Source: a virus (lineage: Duplodnaviria; Caudoviricetes). Taken from it: 64,000 nucleotides of DNA. This document shows, in pieces, positions 58,201 to 64,000 of this stretch. The stretch's first letter is position 1; each line of letters begins with the position of its first letter. Below the pieces are notes generated by a model. The model did no database searches. It had not been told where the DNA came from and was given only the letters and a program-made list of their open reading frames with translations. The stretch lies in IMG/VR virus record IMGVR_UViG_3300028888_000057; one strand, given 5' to 3'. A program made the translations under genes and the position numbers.

Positions 58201-58500
58201 AGCGGCAAAGGCAATGGTATCGATGATGACAAGAAGGGATCCTATGCAATCTTCGTACTGAAGGTGTTTGCGAAGGAGATCCTCTGGTGTCTCGAACGGA
58301 ACCATGCAGATGCCAACCTGTTCAACATCAAGTATGCGACTGCTACCGATCTGGAGATCGAAGAGTCCGCAGAAGCGATTGAGAACATTCTGGCCGACGG
58401 GTGGGGCAACATTGACGAAGATCAGGAAGTGTGGTTCTCCGATGAGGATAACTACACAGACTATGATCTTGGCGACAATGACTATGTAGAAGAATGTTAA
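55252..58500 (+). CDS. Single-subunit double-psi-beta-barrel DNA-dependent RNA polymerase (YonO-like), 1082 aa
   Basis: RBS AAGGAAGG, ATG 55252; ordered motifs ADG, Q…GIKG, ILMDGGCWKF, AVRFP and QDGDVDGDE (DxDGD at 57220-57234); N-terminal HhH (IEGIGEKRA). Confidence 0.82.
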   Translation: MSKINTSIAVVSALINEGKIPTKVANALAISLSVTELRQIVANNALDRLMKIEGIGEKRAATIIKVLTGKIPQRLSESRTGKKISTREPSVGFSLRSFASKTVMKEYVPYIEAINNIELYKETENGRMLDDEALLDARQAYAELKKFSNELDEKNLPFSLFQNEGTISRMSRSIGSDIFGIDYTSKKPTTAWITVEHGIQELINFNWHVFGNTKTEAEAEKNRLQQEIEHRLGNAGVRMYVGNTSVESSMIHYGGFAASASHQKDEKLVMADAKLMKLHEEAIWFTMKMAEVFDLEINGAAIWKMRANLLRPIRCGLKIKGGRQLTLNDIEIKEPIIVNRVIKNARKIGELNEETGEIFEDGKMAVEKTLADGTLMSTVELEQWGQTTSYGIKGCSGDGAAPIKYAAKLEGKEVPLMKPILMDGGCWKFDKVRCSWEEFVRRANKLAERYPSLNKLWLLREGDELEDDVKVRRLTRSLIQQWIHLDARDIRMITKKSRKSLNKMKTLKGAINMMAETGREEKSQLGKVFEKAPWLVLNPEVQRYLETRFVRKQREAAACKFKTTGFYPYIQEDFVAIAQIWVFGADSNRMDLGVLKAGEMSVADVAPKQKMLAVRFPANYQTAAVRINVPCREAFSSCSNICMISIYDDILIRQDGDVDGDEMAIILDEIAIAATERMYEEFNPPVVVFAHGGKAPKKKISNRAGLIETMYNDLWKAKKFDGVGKYANLATLCCHLASLAYAHGDMDEVKMRLVQMSLASTGAILAIDQVKGNAVSDELIERLEQISKSVRNQCLNMMPFTQQFVKGLKADEVLPESDALCDQMAGLIIRDTNDKETNGYKLEVGNAQWNAKEAKRAMLDFGLRTTSLRNSPVPKSILDTLADNWFNDKNNADQETFRLIKAGQPVQMKDLVLLMWRNACALEFRMTGDNLTAKREEYLKIVREMLYTQATSAKWVGNDGHVFTDAEKKASVVNVLVYDALNMSGKGNGIDDDKKGSYAIFVLKVFAKEILWCLERNHADANLFNIKYATATDLEIEESAEAIENILADGWGNIDEDQEVWFSDEDNYTDYDLGDNDYVEEC

Positions 58501-59083
58501 ACCATAATACACGGGAGCCGCACGATCGGCTCTCGTAATTGTGGCTTAACACACCACAATATCACCCCAAAACCCTAACTTCGACACCGACCGATTCTAT
58601 TAGGGCGGGGGAGTTTTTTGGGACGCTCTAATTTTACGGGGCCAATATTTTTTCGGGCCCTATATATTTTTCTCGCAATATATATTTTCTCCATTGTTAT
58701 TATATTATCTCCGTCCCACAAGTGGGACTACAAATACTTTTGTGAAGAATGTTGTTTTCAAACATTTCTGTGTCACGTTCTTAATTGTCGCGGCGACCGA
58801 ATATTTTACAGGGCGGGAGAGATTTTAAACCCTTCGGACTTACAATTTCTTTCCATCCTTATTTTATCAATCTTTCGCCTTTCCTTAACTTGAAATACTC
58901 ACACGGCCCGCAAGCGGGCCTGCAAATACATCTGCGAAAGGAAAACCATCTCCTTTCAAGGTTTCTCATTAATCAATTTTCCTACTGTTCGCACACGATC
59001 CACCGGATCGCAAGCGATCCTGCTAAGTACCCTTATGGGAAAATCCCGTATTACATAATTAAATATTTTAGGAGGTATTGGTT

Positions 59084-59335
59084 ATGTTCATGGAAACTCG
59101 TAATGCTCTGAAGAAGGCTCTGGCGGACTGGAAGGAACGGCTCGTTGAGCATGACAGGAAGGTTGCCAAGCTTGAAGCTCTCGTTCGCTCTTTTAACGAA
59201 AACACCCCGGAGCATCTGTTTGTTCCTACCATGCAGGTCTTGAAGAAGGCTGAGCAGGAAGCTGATTTGATTCGGCTGAACTGCCGTGCTTTGGAGACTG
59301 AACTGAAGAAATACAGTCTTAAGCCTGCAGCATAA
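59084..59335 (+). CDS. Small coiled-coil protein
   Basis: RBS AGGAGG, helical charged sequence. Confidence 0.7.
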   Translation: MFMETRNALKKALADWKERLVEHDRKVAKLEALVRSFNENTPEHLFVPTMQVLKKAEQEADLIRLNCRALETELKKYSLKPAA

Positions 59336-59771
59336 TCTCGTATATCCAGTAAACCGCCCCGGCTACTGCTTAGCGCTGGTTGGGACGGTTAATTGGCTAC
59401 ACGAGGACTTTCAAGCATGTGACTATGGCAGACTGAAAGTCAATGCTTGAGACATGTCCTACATTTCGCGTCATGTTTTGCGGAAGTTGCCAGTTCTGCT
59501 TGACATGAGCGGCATGGGTCCCGGGGGATTAAGGGTCCCCTGGGATTTCCATTCAATAATGACATTTTCCTACTTCATGGGTTACCTCCTTCCTTTGGAG
59601 AGAATGGATTTCTTCCTTGAGCAAGAAGAATGAAATTCTCTCCTTTCTTTGGTAAAACCAGCCATTGGCTGATTTTATATAACCCGAATTAATCAAAGAC
59701 TGAGATCTCGAATTCGGGCTATTTCTCTCTTGCTTATTAATTATCGATTAATTTTAGGAGGATCAAACAAT

Positions 59772-60209
59772 ATGTTTAACGTTGATATCTACACAGACGG
59801 AGCGTGCTCCGGGAATCCCGGCCCTGGCGGATACGGTGCGATTATTACCTGCAAAGGGCAGGAAAAGATTGTCCGTGGTTTCGTTGAAAATTCTACCAAC
59901 TGCAGAATGGAACTGATTGCCATTATTGAAGCAATCAAAGTTCTGAACAAACCATGTCAGATTCAGGTCTACACAGACGCAAAGTACGTCGTTGACGGTG
60001 TGACCAACTGCAAGAAATGGCTGGCCAAGAAAGATCTTGCCAATCGTGACTTGTGGATGGAACTCATCACAGTAGGCAACGAAGGCAAGCACAAGATGAA
60101 ATTCATTAAAGTCAAAGGTCATTCCGGAGATGTGATGAATGAACGCTGTGACAAAATTGCCAAAGAACAGATTCGTAAATACTGGCATGAAAGGACTGGA
60201 ATGGAATGA
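59772..60209 (+). CDS. rnhA: Ribonuclease HI
   Basis: IYTDGACSGNPGPGG…TNCRMEL…YTDAKYV…VKGHSG…NERCD. Confidence 0.95.
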   Translation: MFNVDIYTDGACSGNPGPGGYGAIITCKGQEKIVRGFVENSTNCRMELIAIIEAIKVLNKPCQIQVYTDAKYVVDGVTNCKKWLAKKDLANRDLWMELITVGNEGKHKMKFIKVKGHSGDVMNERCDKIAKEQIRKYWHERTGME

Positions 60210-60280
60210 AAAAGCAGGTGGCTATCTATCTTTTCGCATTTCTGGTTCCAACGGTTTTATCTCTGATTTTTGTGAGGTGA
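60206..60280 (+). CDS. 24-aa single-TM peptide
   Basis: MKKQVAIYLFAFLVPTVLSLIFVR, ATGA-coupled to the rnhA stop. Confidence 0.45.
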   Translation: MKKQVAIYLFAFLVPTVLSLIFVR

Positions 60281-60286
60281 ATAAAT

Positions 60287-60484
60287 ATGCATGAGTATCA
60301 ATGTATTGATACCGAGTATGGAGTGAAAGGATTCATGCCCAGCGGGGAACAGCGTGAGTTTGCAACAGAGTCGGAATATCGGGATGCATATACCGATGAG
60401 GAAAACGAAATCTACGATGAGATGTACAGACTGAACAATGGTTTTCAGTATGAAATCGAAGAAGATTTCGTGCTTGGCGCATGA
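60287..60484 (+). CDS. Small acidic hypothetical protein
   Basis: 65 aa, RBS GAGGTG; GFMPSG…FATESEY motif. Confidence 0.7.
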   Translation: MHEYQCIDTEYGVKGFMPSGEQREFATESEYRDAYTDEENEIYDEMYRLNNGFQYEIEEDFVLGA

Positions 60485-60732
60485 TCCTGTTATTTACATC
60501 TGTCGCAATGATTGCTATCTCGTTCTGGGCCGGAATGAAGACAGCAGACAGATACCATCGAGAGGCCATGCAGCATGAAGAATATTCCCTGAGATTAGCC
60601 CATGCAAGAATAGAATCAGGAAGTTATCCATCATATGTTGCACCAATTCAACCCATCGGTCAACCATTTATGGACAGACTGAAATCCCAAGGGAAAGCTA
60701 CCCAACAAATTCGAAAATCCAAACAAGCATGA
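60481..60732 (+). CDS. Small membrane-anchored protein
   Basis: 83 aa, N-terminal hydrophobic helix, ATGA-coupled. Confidence 0.65.
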   Translation: MILLFTSVAMIAISFWAGMKTADRYHREAMQHEEYSLRLAHARIESGSYPSYVAPIQPIGQPFMDRLKSQGKATQQIRKSKQA

Positions 60733-60936
60733 TTCCCCGGGGCGCAAGCGCCCCTACAGGAATACATCTGTGAAGGGTAAACCAATTCCCTTCAAATCCC
60801 CATCATGTGGCGTCCGATACCCACAATAAATACCGCCGTCGGATAGGACTGTCTCCCGAAAGAGCTGGGCAGATTGCAATGCAGAAATTGCTGAACCCAT
60901 CGATTAAATTTTATTGATTAACGGAGGATTTTGAAA

Positions 60937-61338
60937 ATGACTAACTTCCTTGCTTCTGGACATATTGTCCGTAATGCTGCTACCCGTACCGTGACCGTTG
61001 GCAACGTGCCGACTCTGGTGACCGACTTCACCGTGGCCGTCAATGACGGATATGATCCCAAGACCAATCAGCCCCGGTATACCAACTACTGGCGCGTGAG
61101 CCTGTGGCGTGAGACCGGCGCAAAGCTGGCTCCGCATCTGGTTCAGGGTCGTGCTGTGAACATCACCGGTATCCCGACTGCCCGTGCGTGGCTGGATCAG
61201 AACGGCAAGCCTCAGGCTCAGCTTGAGGTGAAGGAAGCCCGTGTCGAGCTGATCGGCAAGAAGCCGGGTGATGACATTCCTGAGGAGCCGATTCCTGCGG
61301 ATGTTATCCCGGAAGAGGAACTGCCTTTCAATCAGTAA
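60937..61338 (+). CDS. ssb: Single-stranded DNA-binding protein
   Basis: OB-fold pattern GHIVRNA…FTVAVN…YWRVSLW…LVQGRAVNITG; acidic tail EEELPF. Confidence 0.9.
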   Translation: MTNFLASGHIVRNAATRTVTVGNVPTLVTDFTVAVNDGYDPKTNQPRYTNYWRVSLWRETGAKLAPHLVQGRAVNITGIPTARAWLDQNGKPQAQLEVKEARVELIGKKPGDDIPEEPIPADVIPEEELPFNQ

Positions 61339-61350
61339 TTGAAACCATAG

Positions 61351-61388
61351 GGGGAATCAGAGCGATGGGGCTCTGGTTCCCCTTTTTT
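61351..61388 (+). terminator. Intrinsic terminator after ssb
   Basis: GGGGAATCAGAGC…GCTCTGGTTCCCC followed by T6. Confidence 0.8.
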
Positions 61389-61643
61389 CGACTTCTCCAT
61401 GTTGCATGTTCGATTGCGTTGCTTCGGTACCTAACTTTGAAGCCATGGAAGTGTGACATAAAGGAGAGAGACTAAAAGTTTTTTCTTTTTTTCTTTCCAG
61501 AATATTTTATTTCTTCGTATCTTACGAGAGATTTTTAATCACGAAGGCGTGTCTTGATGAGGGGATGACTATTTGTCCATCTGAAAACGACAGCGGCCTA
61601 TTTGATTATTTTTTCTCGGTAAATACGTTGAAAGAAGGAAAGG

Positions 61644-61913
61644 GTGATATTTTTGGAAACTTGTTTTAACTACTGTGATCCAAAGACTGCATTCTTCAGC
61701 TCGGACGAACGAAAGTGGATCAATAAAATTCACAAGCTGAAAGAAAAGTACCCTTACGAGATCACGATCATTGCTGAGCCAAAGGATAACGACGGGTGTA
61801 TCTATTGCAGACTTCCGGTTGCGTGGCTCAGAGTCCAGCCCAAGATCAAGCGAGAGATGTCCGAAGAACAAAAGGCGGCTTTTGTAGAGCGAATGGGCAA
61901 TCTTCATAAATAA
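61644..61913 (+). CDS. Conserved phage hypothetical protein
   Basis: 89 aa; SSDERKWINKI…NDGCIYCRLP…REMSEEQK motif. Confidence 0.75.
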   Translation: MIFLETCFNYCDPKTAFFSSDERKWINKIHKLKEKYPYEITIIAEPKDNDGCIYCRLPVAWLRVQPKIKREMSEEQKAAFVERMGNLHK

Positions 61914-62345
61914 CGAGAGATTTTTAGTCAAATTCGTTTTGTTTGTGGCAGGATGAGAATTTCTCCACCTAAATATTCAAACAAGCTAATTGGTTTCAAT
62001 TTCATCGTATATTACGAGGGTTCTGAACAAACGTGACTGAATATTACTCTGCAGATTGCAGAATGACTGTCGTATGGCAAATTAGTTCGGTACCGAAATT
62101 TGAAGCCATGCGAAACGAGCCATAAAGGAAGAGGATGTATGAAAGGTGGGTTCGCTCCCCGCTGATCCTTCTTCCAGGCTGTCGGTGTGCGCTATACGCT
62201 TAATCGCAAACCAGCCTTTTGCGGCCGACAGTAATTTAATAAACAGGCTGCTTATCCCGTACCGATGCAAAGAAGAAGAGCAGCCGCTTACCCGATGCTT
62301 ATACAGAATGATATTAGCTAACTGGGTATAGTGTCGGGTTTGTAT

Positions 62346-62420
62346 GGGGCATTAACGCAACGGTAGCGTATCTGCTTTGCAAGCAGAAGGTTGCAGGTTC
62401 AAGTCCTGTATGCTCCACCA
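62346..62420 (+). tRNA. tRNA-Ala(TGC)
   Basis: GGGGCAT/ATGCTCC acceptor with G3·U70, anticodon loop TTTGCAA, T loop TTCAAGT, ACCA. Confidence 0.9.
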
Positions 62421-62518
62421 CGACTGAGGGCGACGTTAGGGCGGTCGTAAAATAAAACTCTGAACAAGTCACTGTCAAAAGCCGGCAAATGTTTGACATA
62501 CTTGACGTCGTATCTATC

Positions 62519-62587
62519 GAAGGTGTGGTGTAACGGTAACACGCGTCACCAGGAATGACGAGTCGCAGTTCGAATCTGACATCTTCG
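62519..62587 (+). pseudogene. Degenerate tRNA-like gene (anticodon AGG, C33, imperfect T stem)
   Basis: GAAGGTG/CATCTTC acceptor, GTGT/ACAC D stem, CGTCA-CCAGGAA-TGACG, TTCGAAT T loop; no CCA. Confidence 0.55.
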
Positions 62588-62721
62588 ACGTGTCGCGACT
62601 GATGTGTGGAGTTTTGATTTCTTTCGGCCATACAGAGAATGACAATCCAATGAAAGAAATAGCGGCATGGTGACAGCCGGTTGAAAAAGAAGGGCTCGCT
62701 ACCCAGTCACCTTATCATTAT

Positions 62722-62808
62722 GGCTCGTTGGCGCAAATGGAAGATTCGCAAGTGATTTAAAATCACTCGGGGCATATCCCCATATCGGTTCGAGTCCGAT
62801 ACGAGCCA
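62722..62808 (+). tRNA. tRNA-Leu(TAA)
   Basis: GGCTCGT/ACGAGCC-A, AGTGA-TTTAAAA-TCACT, long variable arm GGGG…CCCC, ATCGG-TTCGAGT-CCGAT; CCA not encoded. Confidence 0.85.
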
Positions 62809-62878
62809 CTGCTTCCTTTATGGAAGCCCAACACCTCCTTTCATCATAAGGCCGCATGTCAAAGTGCGGCCGACTTAT

Positions 62879-62972
62879 CTCAGCTTAGTGTAACGGAGAG
62901 CACGACGGTCAACTGCATGCCACAGTAAACACTGTGTGACTGGATGAGACAGTTCGAATCTGTCAGCTGGGA
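62879..62972 (+). ncRNA. tRNA-like RNA with expanded anticodon domain
   Basis: Acceptor CTCAGCT/AGCTGGG, D stem GTGT/GCAC, T arm GACAG-TTCGAAT-CTGTC; stem CGGTCA/TGACTG closes a 25-nt insert containing a CACAGT-AAAC-ACTGTG hairpin. Confidence 0.65.
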
Positions 62973-63018
62973 CTTGCCCATTTTCTGAATAGTGGGCATT
63001 CATTAACTAACTCTCCTT

Positions 63019-63105
63019 GACGGTGTCTGTTTCTCAGCAAAGTCACATCGAAAGATGAAGCACTACTGGACTTAATCAGCCGTTCGATTCGGCTGGCCGT
63101 CACCA
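63019..63105 (+). ncRNA. tRNA-like RNA with expanded anticodon domain, CCA end
   Basis: GACGGT/GCCGTC-ACCA, T arm CAGCCG-TTCGATT-CGGCTG; AAGTC/GACTT stem encloses a CATC-GAAA-GATG hairpin plus an unpaired stretch. Confidence 0.6.
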
Positions 63106-63106
63106 A

Positions 63107-63181
63107 TGGGGATTCGTATATTGGCTATTACGCTCGGCTTTGACCCGAGAAAGGGCGGATCGTAACCGTCATCCCCAGCCA
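63107..63181 (+). tRNA. tRNA-Gln(TTG)
   Basis: TGGGGAT/ATCCCCA-GCCA, CTCGG-CTTTGAC-CCGAG; atypical T loop ATCGTAA. Confidence 0.8.
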
Positions 63182-63444
63182 TATTACGACAGGACTTCTT
63201 TAAACACGAATAAAAATAATATTTTTAATCCGTGCCTGTAAGAATCAAAAAAACACCCTGTCGTAAAAAAATCCACTCGGGGAAATCGACAAATCCGAGT
63301 GAGTTCGGTGTACGCTATATACTCAATTGAGAACCAGCCTTTCTCAGCCGGACAATTTATATAATCGCTTCGTGGCCGCACAATCATTCTTATAGGCCGT
63401 CAGAATCAATTTGCTGCTGTCGCCCTTCGTGCGAAGCAGTTCTA

Positions 63445-64000
63445 CGCGTATTATATATATTAACCATATTAAGTATCTCTTAGTATACCTAAGGTATAAC
63501 GTTATTAGTAACATATACGTATCGTTACTTAGATTGTTTTATTATTATTTATTATTATAGGCTTATTTGGTTATATTTTCTTTTGGGAGAAAATATAACC
63601 AATAAGCCATTATATATATTATTAATATTACTATCCTTCTATAAAATCTACATAAAGCATTTAACTCTACGAAGCTATATTATTCTCTTAAAGAGATTAC
63701 TTACTTAAATTAAGAGAATCTTAAAGAGAATAAATAACGTAACAGTCTAATACAAGTAACGTATTTATAATCAAGTAATGAAGAATGAATGATATTCTCT
63801 TAATTAATAAATAAAAAACATTCTCTCTTAGAATAGTAATAATATACGTAACACTATATTCAATAAACTTATATCTTATTACTAACGGACTATAACTAAT
63901 TATTTAGATATATATGTCTTAGGATAATATAATGCAGTATTAAATAAGATTATAGACTTTATACTTTGCAAGTATAAAGGATATAAGATTATTTAATACG
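63445..64000. other. Very AT-rich non-coding region with long inverted repeat (candidate replication origin)
   Basis: No ORFs; inverted repeat 63560-63608 (GGCTTATTTGGTTATATTTTCT…AGAAAATATAACCAATAAGCC); recurring ATTCTCTTA/TAAGAGAAT. Confidence 0.4.

Noticed and set aside
56026-58512. Minus-strand ORFs of 225 and 220 aa
   Set aside because: Shadows of the RNA polymerase gene
62421-62470. Pistol/theta ribozyme or preQ1-like element after tRNA-Ala
   Set aside because: A stem-loop with an A-rich tail is present, but the required conserved core nucleotides are not found

Overview
A 64-kb segment of a large tailed (siphovirus-type) phage genome, most likely infecting Firmicutes (strong AAGGAGG RBSs; head genes resemble SPbeta YonF/E/D/C/B in size and order). 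Minus strand, ~52.8 kb down to 1: a morphogenesis operon with putative small terminase, large terminase, portal, tRNA-Asn, prohead protease, free-standing HNH, head decoration, major capsid, head-tail joining genes, a major tail tube gene split by two group I introns (each carrying a GIY-YIG homing endonuclease), tail chaperones with a -1 frameshift, a 5782-aa tape-measure protein, Dit, Tal/hub, tail fibres and a large virion protein running off the left edge. Plus strand, ~53.3 kb onward: early/middle genes (a YonO-like single-subunit RNA polymerase, RNase HI, SSB, small ORFs), several repeated structured non-coding motifs, a cluster of tRNAs and tRNA-like RNAs, and a very AT-rich non-coding stretch. 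Main finding: the tape-measure protein carries, N-terminal to its tape core, an ordered double-psi-beta-barrel RNA polymerase signature (…RNP…NTGDFDGD) and a RecB/Cas4-type PD-(D/E)XK nuclease. A second, stand-alone DxDGD RNA polymerase sits in the early region. This points to a two-polymerase transcription system with a tail-delivered RNAP+nuclease, and repeated candidate cis-elements lie in the middle region. All functional calls come from reading motifs by eye; no searches were run.
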